Positions 21,026 to 30,964 of a stretch of DNA of 64,000 bases are shown here, one piece after another; within the stretch, counting starts at the first letter, position 1, and every line of letters begins with the position of its first letter. The DNA is from Methanoregula sp. (lineage in GTDB: Archaea > Halobacteriota > Methanomicrobia > Methanomicrobiales > Methanospirillaceae). The stretch lies in NCBI GenBank assembly GCA_039698055.1, contig JBDKTL010000030.1, positions 1-64,000 on the forward strand. Direction: 5' to 3'. The notes beneath the pieces were generated by a model. It searched no databases. It was not told the DNA's origin and saw only the letters and a program-made list of their open reading frames with translations. The position numbers and the translations under genes are program-made.

Positions 21026-22258
21026 TCAGGATGTTTCTGCAAAGGAGATGTTGCTGTCCTTTAGCGCAAACTGGAGCATGACATCCTGGATAGACCCCTT
21101 ACCGGGTGCGGCAATTTTGAGCGGTTTGCCTTCAGCAGAGCGCTGCTGTGCCCATGCGACAAAGCTCTTCCAGTCTGAAACCGGTGCATCTGACGATACT
21201 ACCAGCCCGGAACCTTCCGTATTGATGGGGTTGATGATCTTGACAGGTGTGCCTTTATCGATTGCCGATACGGTTGGCGGCACACCGACATAGCCCATCT
21301 GGACAATATCGGTCGATGCCATCTGCATAACCTGCGGGCCCGCATCGCCGCCAACGAGTTTGACCGTTGCAACCGTGACGCCGTTGACAATCAGGTCTGC
21401 CATTTCAGGGCGGGTCTGGGTCAGGTCATGGGGTTTGAGGGCGACACCGTAAGTATCATTAAAGTACTGCCATTTCTTGAGCGCAATATGCAGGGCGGCA
21501 GAGTGCATGTCGCCATTTAAGTAGCCAATCGCGAGCTGTTTTGTTTCTTTGGCCGGCGTCTTGAGGGTACCGGCAGCAAGCTGCGCTTTTGCATTTTGGT
21601 ACGGACCAAAGTCAAACAGCAGTGAATCAAGCTGATCCGGTGTCGCATTTTTCAGTTTACTGGTAATGTACCCGAGCTGGATCTCGGTATCGACAAACTT
21701 CTTTGTACCGTTAATCCACTGGGGGGAAGGATCGTTTGTGTACCTTACGGTCGGAAACGCATCGTTGAGGGCGTCAACAGAAGATACCGTTACATCGCCA
21801 TACGTGAAATTGCCTTTCCCGACAAGGAAATCCGCTTCGATCTCGGCAGCTTCGGAGGGGTGAGCGTTGATGTATGAACTCGATGCCTGTGTCAGGGCAC
21901 TTATTGCCGTTACAATATCGGGATTTTCTGCCAGCAGATCGTCGCGGGCAAAGAGGATACAGCAGGGGTGGTTGACGTTGCTGTCGTCAGGAGGCAGTTG
22001 CCCGGAATACGACACTACTTTTGCAATACCGCTTTTTGTCCCAATCGAGACAAACGGTTGCCACGCGATATATCCATCAACCTGTTTTGTTGCAAGGAGC
22101 ATCGGCATCGGGCCGACACCTTTGCTGTACAGGATGCCAACATTGGTCTGGGATGTTGTTGTGGAAGATGCCGGACCTGAGGGCTGGGTGCACCCCGCAG
22201 TCAGCAGCACAAGCGCAATTGCAATACATGCAAGTGCGGTCAGTCGAATCGTTTTCAT
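21026..22258 (-). CDS. ABC transporter substrate-binding lipoprotein (SsuA/NMT1-like), apparently circularly permuted
   Basis: Lipobox LTAGC, DGYIAWQPF, HPCC and GSIQDVML. Confidence 0.88.
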   Translation of the reverse strand: MKTIRLTALACIAIALVLLTAGCTQPSGPASSTTTSQTNVGILYSKGVGPMPMLLATKQVDGYIAWQPFVSIGTKSGIAKVVSYSGQLPPDDSNVNHPCCILFARDDLLAENPDIVTAISALTQASSSYINAHPSEAAEIEADFLVGKGNFTYGDVTVSSVDALNDAFPTVRYTNDPSPQWINGTKKFVDTEIQLGYITSKLKNATPDQLDSLLFDFGPYQNAKAQLAAGTLKTPAKETKQLAIGYLNGDMHSAALHIALKKWQYFNDTYGVALKPHDLTQTRPEMADLIVNGVTVATVKLVGGDAGPQVMQMASTDIVQMGYVGVPPTVSAIDKGTPVKIINPINTEGSGLVVSSDAPVSDWKSFVAWAQQRSAEGKPLKIAAPGKGSIQDVMLQFALKDSNISFAETS

Positions 22259-22460
22259 GCAGGGAAAGGTTGTGCTGGCACTATAAAAAAATGTCCAATG
22301 AGACCATTATATATTATTTTTTGTCCTAATAACCTCAATAATTACATACAGTTGGGGTAAGTATTTGTAAAATCCAAGGGGAAATCCTATGTTTCCCGTC
22401 AGGGTGTTTCCCCCATTTGTAGAAAAGTTTAATTAAAATTATCATTATTGTAGTAATCAT

Positions 22461-22994
22461 ATGATACAATCCGATCCCATCAACCGGATCATGCGCGCCG
22501 CCCTAATCTCTGATGAAGAATTTGTCACGACGTTAAACGACCTCTTAAAAAACGATCTGCGCATCAGTGTGCGGGAGTTATCCGGCGCCTGCGGAATCGC
22601 CCAGAGTTCGCTCTACAAAATCCTCTATGGCAAACGTTCCCCCAATCTCTCTACCCTTCGGGCAATTGTACATGGACTGCGGCAGTTCTACCATATCGGC
22701 AATGAGAATTTTATCGGGTTGATAGCAGCTCGCCCGGTGCTCGAAAGCGTTGAGGAGCGTGTCGCGGATATCGACGGTCACCATATGCGTGTCCGTGAAT
22801 ATCCTGTTCATACCATGGAAGACGCGATTGTTGCCGCCGTGCGCGCTGAACGCGAAGGGGCGATTGCAATTGTCTGCGCCCCGATCGTATCAAGCATCAT
22901 CGAACAGCTCGTTCACGTGCCGGTGGCAACCATCATCCCGCGCGAATCCGTGCAGCGGGCGATCGAACTTGCCGCCCGGAAGGCGTGGATTTAA
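22461..22994 (+). CDS. XRE-family HTH transcriptional regulator
   Basis: SVRELSGACGIAQSSLYKILYGKRSPNLSTL helix-turn-helix, divergent from the ABC operon. Confidence 0.85.
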   Translation: MIQSDPINRIMRAALISDEEFVTTLNDLLKNDLRISVRELSGACGIAQSSLYKILYGKRSPNLSTLRAIVHGLRQFYHIGNENFIGLIAARPVLESVEERVADIDGHHMRVREYPVHTMEDAIVAAVRAEREGAIAIVCAPIVSSIIEQLVHVPVATIIPRESVQRAIELAARKAWI

Positions 22995-23041
22995 TCATTT
23001 GTGCAATCAAAACAAAGAGTACAAAAGAGGATGGTGAACGT

Positions 23042-24523
23042 ACGCGAACCGACGTAGTGAGACTGGGGCGCCTTGCCGGAGAGCGAAACGGCGAGATGAT
23101 GCGGTTTCTCTCATCGATGCATGCAGACCGCTGCATCGCAGATGCTGATGTGCTGGTGGATATCGCCCACGTCCTGATGCTCGATAAGCAGAAGATAAAC
23201 GAGCGCGAGATTACAAAACAACTCCTGCCCGCATTGCTTGAGTTGTATGACGAAGGATTGCCCGAAGAAGTATTCGATGACCGGTTTGAGGACGTCCATG
23301 CCGGGATTGAATCGCTCATTATCGAAGCATTAGGTCCTGAAGCGGGCGGGCGGATGCATATCGGTCGTTCGCGCAACGATGAAGTCGCCACCTGTATCAG
23401 GATCAAGCTGCGCGAAGACCTGCTCAAGCAGATGTCTGCAATCTTAAAAGTCCGGGAAGTGCTCGTTGCGATTGCCGAGAAGAACATGGAGTCTCCCATG
23501 CCCGGGTTTACGCATATGCAGCACGCCCAGCCCACCACCCTTGCCCATCATCTCCTCGCGTACGAACAGGCATTCTCCCGGGATTTTGACCGGTTGCGTG
23601 AGGCGTTTTCCCGGGTCAACCGCTCCCCTCTTGGCGCCGCTGCCTTCGCATCCACCGGTTATCCCATCAACCGGGACCTGACCGCAGAGCTGCTCGGGTT
23701 TGACGGGCTTGTCGTCAATACCATGGACGCGGTGGCAACAAGGGACTTTGCCCTTGAAACCCTCAGCAGCCTCACCATCCTCATGACAAACGTGAGCAGG
23801 CTCTGCGAGGAACTGGTTATCTGGAGCACATCGTTTGTAAAATTTGTCACGCTTGACGATGCGTTCTGTTCGACATCATCCATCATGCCGCAGAAGAAGA
23901 ACCCGGACACGGCCGAGATCATGCGGGCAAAGACCGGGTCAGCGTTCGGGGCATACACGAGCGCCGTTTTAATCGTCAAAGGCCTTCCCATGAGTTATAA
24001 CCGGGACCTGCAGGAACTTACCCCCCATCTCTGGCGCGGGGTGAGGGATGCAAAAGAGAGCCTGCGCCTCCTTGTCGATATGCTCTCCAGTGCGACATTT
24101 GAAACAGAGCGGATGAAAGAAGAGGCAGGAAAAGGGTTCTCGACTGCAACCGAACTCGCAGATACGCTCGTGCGAAATTTTGGCCTCCCGTTCAGAACCG
24201 CTCATTCCATTGTCGGAAGGGCTGTCCAGAAAGGCAACCTGTCTCTTGAAACTCTTGAGGCGGCGGCAAAAGAAGTTGCACCGGATATTTCCTTAGTGGG
24301 AAAGGGACTGACCCAGGAGAAGATCAACGAAGCGCTTGACGTCAGTTATTCCCTCTCCATCCGCAGATCTGCCGGGGGGCCGTCGGAGTTTGCAACAAAA
24401 ATTGCCATTGGTGACTGCAAAAAGCGGCTCGATATGGATTCGTTGTTCATTGACGGGACACTGGCAAAACTATCCAAAGCAAAAGAAGTGCTTATTGCAG
24501 ATGCACGGAGGCTGGTAGCATAA
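23042..24523 (+). CDS. argH: Argininosuccinate lyase (start codon uncertain, see findings)
   Basis: GRSRNDE, PGFTHMQHAQP, SSIMPQKKNPD and YNRDLQE. Confidence 0.96.
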   Translation, partial: TRTDVVRLGRLAGERNGEMMRFLSSMHADRCIADADVLVDIAHVLMLDKQKINEREITKQLLPALLELYDEGLPEEVFDDRFEDVHAGIESLIIEALGPEAGGRMHIGRSRNDEVATCIRIKLREDLLKQMSAILKVREVLVAIAEKNMESPMPGFTHMQHAQPTTLAHHLLAYEQAFSRDFDRLREAFSRVNRSPLGAAAFASTGYPINRDLTAELLGFDGLVVNTMDAVATRDFALETLSSLTILMTNVSRLCEELVIWSTSFVKFVTLDDAFCSTSSIMPQKKNPDTAEIMRAKTGSAFGAYTSAVLIVKGLPMSYNRDLQELTPHLWRGVRDAKESLRLLVDMLSSATFETERMKEEAGKGFSTATELADTLVRNFGLPFRTAHSIVGRAVQKGNLSLETLEAAAKEVAPDISLVGKGLTQEKINEALDVSYSLSIRRSAGGPSEFATKIAIGDCKKRLDMDSLFIDGTLAKLSKAKEVLIADARRLVA

Positions 24524-25758
24524 ACCCACGCTTCACTTCCGGGGATACCGTTACATGTTCCTTTGCCGGGAAAACACTGAAGGGAACCTACATCACGGAG
24601 CGCGACGGAATGGCAGTCATCAAGATTTCCAGCGGCTATAATATGGGGGTCCCTGCAGATACCTGCACATTTGTGTCACCGGTGCTACCAGCTGAAGCAC
24701 GATCCATGCCGGTTCACCAGGACGCGTCGCTGCCCGAACTCTCAATTATCTCAACCGGTGGCACAATTGCAAGCCGCATCGATTACCGCACGGGTGCCGT
24801 CACCAGCCAGTTTGATGCCGACGATATCCTTCTGGCTATCCCGGCACTTGCCGGAATTGCCCGCTACCGCACAAAACAGTTGTACACCATCCTTTCGGAA
24901 AATATGACGCCGGCCATCTGGCAGGAGCTTGCCCGTGCCGTGTACGCAGAGATCAAAAACGGCGTTGAGGGCGTGATTGTCACCCATGGCACGGATACAA
25001 TGGCATTCAGTGCAGCCGCGCTCAGTTTTATGCTCGACACGCCCGTCCCGGTGGTGTTTGTCGGGTCGCAGCGATCGGCAGATCGCCCTTCAAGCGACAA
25101 TGCGATGAATGCCGTCTGTGCCGCAAGTGCGGCAAAGAGCGATCTTGGCGAAGTAGTTGTGGTGATGCATGCCACGACCAACGATGACAGCTGTGCGATC
25201 CACCGGGGCACCCGGGTGAGGAAGATGCACACGTCGCGGAGGGATGCGTTCCAGAGCATGGGCATCACCCCCATCGGGACAGTGGATTACACAACCCGTG
25301 CCGTCACGCTGAAGCCTGAAGCCGTGAAGCGGGGAACCCGGCCGCTTGCATTGCATGACGCGCTTGAACCCCGCTGCGGGCTGGTCCAGTTCTATCCCGG
25401 TATGTCACCGGACATCCTGAAGGCGTACGAAGGATACAAAGGACTGGTGCTCGCGGGCACCGGACTTGGACACGTTAGCACCATACTTATCCCGCCGGTG
25501 AAAAAACTCATCGATGCGGGAACTCTCGTGGTGATGACATCACAGTGCATGAACGGCAGGGTTTGTGACCGGGTGTACGATACCGGCCGCGATCTCCTTG
25601 CAGCAGGAGTCATCGAAGGCGGCGATATGTTAGCGGAAGTGGCGCTCGTCAAGATGATGTGGGTCCTTGGAAATGAACCTGATCCGCTCAAGGCGGCAAA
25701 GATGATGGCAACCGATCTCAAAGGTGAATGCAGGAGGAGGAGTCTCCATGGATTATAA
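24520..25758 (+). CDS. gatD: Glutamyl-tRNA(Gln) amidotransferase subunit D (frame extends upstream of ATG 24610)
   Basis: STGGTIASRIDYRTGAV, HGTDT and GSQRSADRPSSD. The N-terminal domain GDTV..GTYI..DG..VIKISSGYN is in frame from 24520. Confidence 0.95.
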   Translation: MNPRFTSGDTVTCSFAGKTLKGTYITERDGMAVIKISSGYNMGVPADTCTFVSPVLPAEARSMPVHQDASLPELSIISTGGTIASRIDYRTGAVTSQFDADDILLAIPALAGIARYRTKQLYTILSENMTPAIWQELARAVYAEIKNGVEGVIVTHGTDTMAFSAAALSFMLDTPVPVVFVGSQRSADRPSSDNAMNAVCAASAAKSDLGEVVVVMHATTNDDSCAIHRGTRVRKMHTSRRDAFQSMGITPIGTVDYTTRAVTLKPEAVKRGTRPLALHDALEPRCGLVQFYPGMSPDILKAYEGYKGLVLAGTGLGHVSTILIPPVKKLIDAGTLVVMTSQCMNGRVCDRVYDTGRDLLAAGVIEGGDMLAEVALVKMMWVLGNEPDPLKAAKMMATDLKGECRRRSLHGL

Positions 25759-27598
25759 GACCGTGGGACTGACCGCAGGCATTGAGATCCACCAGCAGCT
25801 GGATACCAAAGAGAAACTCTTCTGCCGCTGCCCGACCACGCTCCGGGATACCGCTGAACATTCCGGGGAATTTTTCCGGTACCTGCGGGCAACCGAAAGC
25901 GAAATGGGCGAAATCGACCGGGCAGCACAGGAAGAGATGAAAAGCATCCGCCGTTTCCGGTATTTCACCTACGATACGACATGTCTCGTCGAAAACGACG
26001 AGGAACCTCCGGCACCGCTGAATGATGAAGCCCTTGGGATCTGCCTGACGCTCGCAAAATTGTTCTCCATGACACCGGTCCCGCAGGTGCATACGATGCG
26101 CAAGCTCGTAATCGACGGCTCCAATACGAGCGGGTTCCAGCGCACCGCACTCGTTGCACTCATCGGTTCACTCCCAAACGGGGGCGAGATCGAGACAATC
26201 AGTTTAGAGGAAGAGGCTGCACAACGGGTCAAAGATGAGTGCTTCTCGCTCGACCGTCTCGGTATCCCTCTTGCCGAGATTACGACATCGCCCTGCATGC
26301 ATACCCCCGAAGAAGTCCAGCAGGTGGCCGAATATATCGGGATGGTCCTGCGCTCAACGGGAAAGGTCAAACGCGGCCTTGGGACAATCCGGCAGGATGT
26401 CAACATCTCCATTGCCGGTGGCGCCCGCGTGGAGATCAAGGGTGTGCAGGAACTTGACCTGATTGCCGAGGTAGTCCGGCGCGAAGTGCAGCGGCAGCAG
26501 AACCTTATCGCGCTGCGGGACACCCTTGTGGCACGGGGGGCATGTGTGGACGCAGGTTCAGTCCAGCCGGTCACGGATCTTTTCAAAGAGACCAAATCCG
26601 CGATCTTAAAGAAGGCAAAGAAGATTTACGCGATCAGGCTCCCCGGGTTTGCCGGGCTGGTGGGTAAAGAGATCCAGCCGGACCGCCGTCTTGGGAGCGA
26701 GATCTCCGACTATGCGAAGAAATGCGGTGTTGGCGGGATCTTCCATACCGATGAATTACCGGCCTATGGGATCACTTCAGAGGAGGTCGCATACCTCCGG
26801 GAACACATGAAGGCAGAAGAGAAGGACTGCGTTATTCTGGTTTCCGGCGCAAGCGACAAGCAGGCAACCTGCGTATGCGAACAGGTCCTGTTCCGGGCAA
26901 GCCTGGCAATCTCGGGTACACCTGTCCCAGAAGAAACCCGCAAGATGCTTGAAACCGGGAGTACCGCATACATGCGCCCGCTTCCCGGTGCTGCCCGCAT
27001 GTATCCTGAAACGGATGTGCTGCCGGTCCGGATTGACGATGCAAGGTGGGAAGCTGCGAAGGTTCCGGAACTTTTAACCGTCACAGCCGAACGGTTTACC
27101 CGTGAACTCGGGCTTGATCCTGCTGTCGCCCGGCAGATGGCATTCTCGGAGCGCCGTCCTCTTTTTGAGCGTGCCATTTCTGAAGGCCTGAAGGCAACAA
27201 TCACGGCAAGAACGCTGCTTGCGACGATCAAGGAGATCCACCGCGAGGGCGTCACTACGGACACCCTGTCTGATGATTCGATCCTTGCTATCCTCCATAC
27301 GGTTGAGAAGGGAAACGCAGCCAAAGAAGCGATCCCGGACCTCCTCCGGCTGGTCGCATCGGGGAGTACGGTGGATGCCGCCATCCAGAAACTTGCCCCG
27401 ACCGTTTCCCGCGAAGAACTCGAGTCAGTCATCAGGAAGATTGTCACCGACCGGGCGGCATTCATCGCTGAGAAACAGAAAGCCGCGCTTGGCCCGCTTA
27501 TGGGTGTGGTCATGGCAGAAGTCCGGGGCTCGGTTGACGGAAAAGTGGTCAGCGAGATTTTAAGAAAAGAACTGGACAAGGCGCTGGGCGGGAAGTAA
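25748..27598 (+). CDS. gatE: Glutamyl-tRNA(Gln) amidotransferase subunit E
   Basis: GIEIHQQL, DGSNTSGFQRT, GLGTIRQDVNISI and PGAARMYPETD. Confidence 0.97.
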   Translation: MDYKTVGLTAGIEIHQQLDTKEKLFCRCPTTLRDTAEHSGEFFRYLRATESEMGEIDRAAQEEMKSIRRFRYFTYDTTCLVENDEEPPAPLNDEALGICLTLAKLFSMTPVPQVHTMRKLVIDGSNTSGFQRTALVALIGSLPNGGEIETISLEEEAAQRVKDECFSLDRLGIPLAEITTSPCMHTPEEVQQVAEYIGMVLRSTGKVKRGLGTIRQDVNISIAGGARVEIKGVQELDLIAEVVRREVQRQQNLIALRDTLVARGACVDAGSVQPVTDLFKETKSAILKKAKKIYAIRLPGFAGLVGKEIQPDRRLGSEISDYAKKCGVGGIFHTDELPAYGITSEEVAYLREHMKAEEKDCVILVSGASDKQATCVCEQVLFRASLAISGTPVPEETRKMLETGSTAYMRPLPGAARMYPETDVLPVRIDDARWEAAKVPELLTVTAERFTRELGLDPAVARQMAFSERRPLFERAISEGLKATITARTLLATIKEIHREGVTTDTLSDDSILAILHTVEKGNAAKEAIPDLLRLVASGSTVDAAIQKLAPTVSREELESVIRKIVTDRAAFIAEKQKAALGPLMGVVMAEVRGSVDGKVVSEILRKELDKALGGK

Positions 27599-27712
27599 GG
27601 ATATTTTTTTGCATCTTCTTTTTTGTTAAAATTTCATCCGGTTCATCAACGCCACAAAAACCTGCCCCAACCTTTATGAGCGAAAGAACAGAATTAGATA
27701 AGGAGTTTAATT

Positions 27713-28042
27713 ATGGGTAAGACAGGAACAACCATCTGGGCACAGATAAAAGGCGTAAAAGGACAGATCAGGCTCGTCCCGAAAAGCGAGGGCGACCTCA
27801 AGACCCCCGGTCCAAACCAGCGGTTCAAGGCAAGCGTGAACTTAAAAAAGATGGACCAGGAAGCCGCAGAGATGAAGGGACGCGGCGGCGGACAGAGACG
27901 CGGCGGGCGTGGCGGCAGGCGCGGTGGCGACCGTTCCGGTGGTTCCGGCATGAACGAGTCCACGGCAAGCCCACTCATCCGCAGGCGCATGCGCAGGGCC
28001 AAAGTCACAGCCCTTGGCACGAAGGCCAAATCCGCACGGTAA
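27713..28042 (+). CDS. Small basic protein (DUF5350-like) with an RGG-rich insert
   Basis: MGKTG..WAQIKGVKGQIRLVP start typical of this methanogen family, with an AGGAG RBS. Confidence 0.7.
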   Translation: MGKTGTTIWAQIKGVKGQIRLVPKSEGDLKTPGPNQRFKASVNLKKMDQEAAEMKGRGGGQRRGGRGGRRGGDRSGGSGMNESTASPLIRRRMRRAKVTALGTKAKSAR

Positions 28043-28176
28043 AAATAACCAGACGCCCGTGATGGTAAGAAGTCCGGGGGTTTTCTAAAAACCCCGGCAG
28101 ATCTTTTTGGTGCAGGTGCGTCCGGAACGTGGGCGCTCAATTGAACAATCATAACTATCTTTTATTGACAGCGACT

Positions 28177-28542
28177 ATGGTGAGTATGGATCTTCCAACC
28201 GCAGTGAAGAGTTACCAGTTCGGTGAACGCGCAAAATCCGAACTGATTGTATCCGCCCAGTTGGTTCAGGCGCTCGCAGGCTTTTCCGAACCGGAAAAAG
28301 GCGGCGGAAAACGGATGCTTCTCCTGCTCATGGAACAGGTGCGAAGCGAACTCCAGTTTGCTGCACGGAGCACCGGCAGGACAGAATTCCAAAAATCGAT
28401 TGATGCTTTAAACGAAGCCATTTCGCTTGTCGAGAGCAACAATCCCGACCAGGCATCTGAAAAAATCGCCGTGGCAATCAGTGCATCCACAACCGCCGCA
28501 CAGGAAGCATGGCAGGTTCTGTCAGAACATGGACTCCTCTGA
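28177..28542 (+). CDS. Conserved hypothetical helical protein
   Basis: ATG ORF overlapping the downstream nitroreductase start. Confidence 0.7.
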   Translation: MVSMDLPTAVKSYQFGERAKSELIVSAQLVQALAGFSEPEKGGGKRMLLLLMEQVRSELQFAARSTGRTEFQKSIDALNEAISLVESNNPDQASEKIAVAISASTTAAQEAWQVLSEHGLL

Positions 28543-29056
28543 ATTTTTTGGATTTTTAACCAGCCGGTCGTCAGTGCGCAGCTATGACAGCACGCCGGTA
28601 AAAAAAGAGGATATTGACTATATCCTCTCCTGTGCAAGCACCGCGCCAAGCGCCGGTAATCTCGAAGCATGGGATGTTGTCGTTGTAACCGATGAAGATG
28701 CCCGATTGAACCTTGCCGATGCGGGATTCGGCCAGGAACACCTGGCAAGTGCCCCGGTTCTTCTTGTCATCTGCGCAAACTACGTGCGTTCCATGTCCAA
28801 GTACGGTGAACGGGGTATCCTGTACGCCGTAGAGGACGCCACCATCGCCAGCACCTACATGATGCTTGCCGCCCAGTCCCGTGGGCTGCATTCCTGCTGG
28901 ACAGGTGCGTTTGACGAGGAGGAAGTACGGTCGGCCCTCGGGCTTCCCCAGCATATCCGCCCGCTGGTGCTGCTCGCTCTTGGCTATGGCCACCCGCCAT
29001 CGGTGCTGACAGAACGGATGGCAAAAGAAGAGCATATTCACCACGATGCGTGGTAA
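28529..29056 (+). CDS. Nitroreductase family protein
   Basis: [17 protein letters not shown] and [10 protein letters not shown]. Confidence 0.9.
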   Translation: MDSSEFFGFLTSRSSVRSYDSTPVKKEDIDYILSCASTAPSAGNLEAWDVVVVTDEDARLNLADAGFGQEHLASAPVLLVICANYVRSMSKYGERGILYAVEDATIASTYMMLAAQSRGLHSCWTGAFDEEEVRSALGLPQHIRPLVLLALGYGHPPSVLTERMAKEEHIHHDAW

Positions 29057-29070
29057 ACGGAGGAAAAAAC

Positions 29071-29409
29071 GTGCCGGATTATGTAGTAACGCTAGAATCT
29101 GCGTGGTATTTAAAAGATGTAAAATCGCTTGACGATGCGATCGGGATCGCGATCAGCGAGGCAGGAAAACGCCTCAATCCCTCAGCCAAATATGTTGAAG
29201 TAGAAGCAGGTATGCTCGCCTGCCCGTTCTGCGAAGAGACGCTCTCCAGTGCAATTGTCGTTGCAGATACGGCACTTGTCGGACTTGTCCTTGAGATGAA
29301 AGTTTTCAGGGCTGAATCAAAGGAGCATGCAGAGCGGATCGCCAAATCAACGATTGGAAAAGCGCTCCGGGAAATTCCCTTAAAATTGCTGGACGTGCAG
29401 GAGTTATGA
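29071..29409 (+). CDS. DUF555 (UPF0212) family protein
   Basis: [42 protein letters not shown], with a GGAGG RBS before GTG. Confidence 0.85.
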   Translation: MPDYVVTLESAWYLKDVKSLDDAIGIAISEAGKRLNPSAKYVEVEAGMLACPFCEETLSSAIVVADTALVGLVLEMKVFRAESKEHAERIAKSTIGKALREIPLKLLDVQEL

Positions 29410-30302
29410 TCCACGTCGTCGGACATACCGCTGTAGACCACATTTCCCATGTACATCACCTCCCCGAGCGGAACTGTTCGACGCATATCACTGATCGGCA
29501 GGTCTTTTTTGGGGGCGGTGCAGCAAATATTGCCGCAGGAATCGCCATACTTGGCGAAGCAGTCACCCTGATATCCTGTGTCGGCAGCGATTTTGCCGGT
29601 GGGGACTACGATCGGTGGATGCACAAGATTGGGATCAGTCAGCAATTTTTTGTCGTGCCGGATACCCATACCCCCACCGCATTCATGTTCACTGACGATA
29701 AAGGCGACCAGATGACTTTTTTTGAATGGGGTGCGTCAAAGAAGTTTGCCGATGCAGAAGCTCCTGCCCTTCCGCTCGTCCACATGGCAACCGCGGATCC
29801 GGAGTTTAACTGCCGGGTGGCAGAGAAGAGCGAGTTTGTGTCCTTCGATCCCGGGCAGGATGTGTTCTGGTATACAAAAGAACAGCTGGAATCCATCATC
29901 GGCAATGCTGACATCCTCTTTGCAAACCAGCACGAAGTCCAGCAGATGTGCACGACCATGGGCATCACAAAAGAGGAACTTCTTGCACAGGTTGATACCG
30001 CAATATTTACAATGAGCGGAGACGGCAGTACTCTCTATACGAAAGGCACCCCGCATTTCATTCCCGCCGTCCCGGTGACGCTTGCCGATCCTACAGGAGC
30101 CGGCGATGCGTACCGTGCCGGTTTTCTTTCTGCGTTTATCCGTGGCTATCCTGAACTCACCTGCTGTCGTATCGGAACCGTGACCGCGTCATATGTCGTC
30201 GAACATCCCGGCTGCCAGACACATCTGCCCACGTGGGACCAGATGCTTGAACGGTACACAAAACCCTTCGGTAGTCTTGAAGCACTCCCGAAAGGAAGGT
30301 AA
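29406..30302 (+). CDS. PfkB-family carbohydrate/nucleoside kinase
   Basis: [13 protein letters not shown] and [12 protein letters not shown]. Confidence 0.92.
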   Translation: MIHVVGHTAVDHISHVHHLPERNCSTHITDRQVFFGGGAANIAAGIAILGEAVTLISCVGSDFAGGDYDRWMHKIGISQQFFVVPDTHTPTAFMFTDDKGDQMTFFEWGASKKFADAEAPALPLVHMATADPEFNCRVAEKSEFVSFDPGQDVFWYTKEQLESIIGNADILFANQHEVQQMCTTMGITKEELLAQVDTAIFTMSGDGSTLYTKGTPHFIPAVPVTLADPTGAGDAYRAGFLSAFIRGYPELTCCRIGTVTASYVVEHPGCQTHLPTWDQMLERYTKPFGSLEALPKGR

Positions 30303-30307
30303 GTAAG

Positions 30308-30964
30308 ATGAGTTGGGCTGCGCTCACTTCCGGCGGCAAGGACTCGATTTTGTCCTGCCAGAAAGCACTCGATGCGAATAAACAGGTAAAATACCTCGTG
30401 ACGGTGCGCCCAAAGAACCGGGAATCCTACATGTTCCATTCCGCAAACCTCGACGCAGTTCCGGTTATCGCTGAAGTTGCCGGAATGGAATACGTGGAAA
30501 TCCTGACCCACGGGAAGAAAGAAGAAGAACTCGCGGATCTTGAGCGCGGGCTTGCGGCACTCGATATTGAAGGGGTAACCGCCGGCGCTGTCGCATCCGT
30601 GTACCAGGCTGACAGGGTTAAAGCGATTACGGATCGACTGGGTATTGAACTGTTTACCCCACTCTGGCACATGGATACCGAACAGCTGCTGCGGGAAGTG
30701 TCTGAGCGTATGGATGCCCGGATTGTCGTTACCGCAGCAGAAGGACTCGACGAGAGTTTTCTTGGCGCACGCATCGATGAATCCCTTATCACCCGGCTCA
30801 AAACAATTGCCGGCCGGCACCGGATTAATCTTGCCGGGGAGGGCGGGGAATACGAGAGCCTTACCCTTGATGCACCATTTTATTCCCGGCCGGTGAAATA
30901 TACCACACAGGAGATCCATTCAGGCACAGACCGGTCCGAGCTGATCCTTGGAGGGTTTCATTAG
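30308..30964 (+). CDS. dph6: Diphthine--ammonia ligase (PP-loop ATPase)
   Basis: SGGKDS, SYMFH, PLWH and GEGGEYE. Confidence 0.88.
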   Translation: MSWAALTSGGKDSILSCQKALDANKQVKYLVTVRPKNRESYMFHSANLDAVPVIAEVAGMEYVEILTHGKKEEELADLERGLAALDIEGVTAGAVASVYQADRVKAITDRLGIELFTPLWHMDTEQLLREVSERMDARIVVTAAEGLDESFLGARIDESLITRLKTIAGRHRINLAGEGGEYESLTLDAPFYSRPVKYTTQEIHSGTDRSELILGGFH

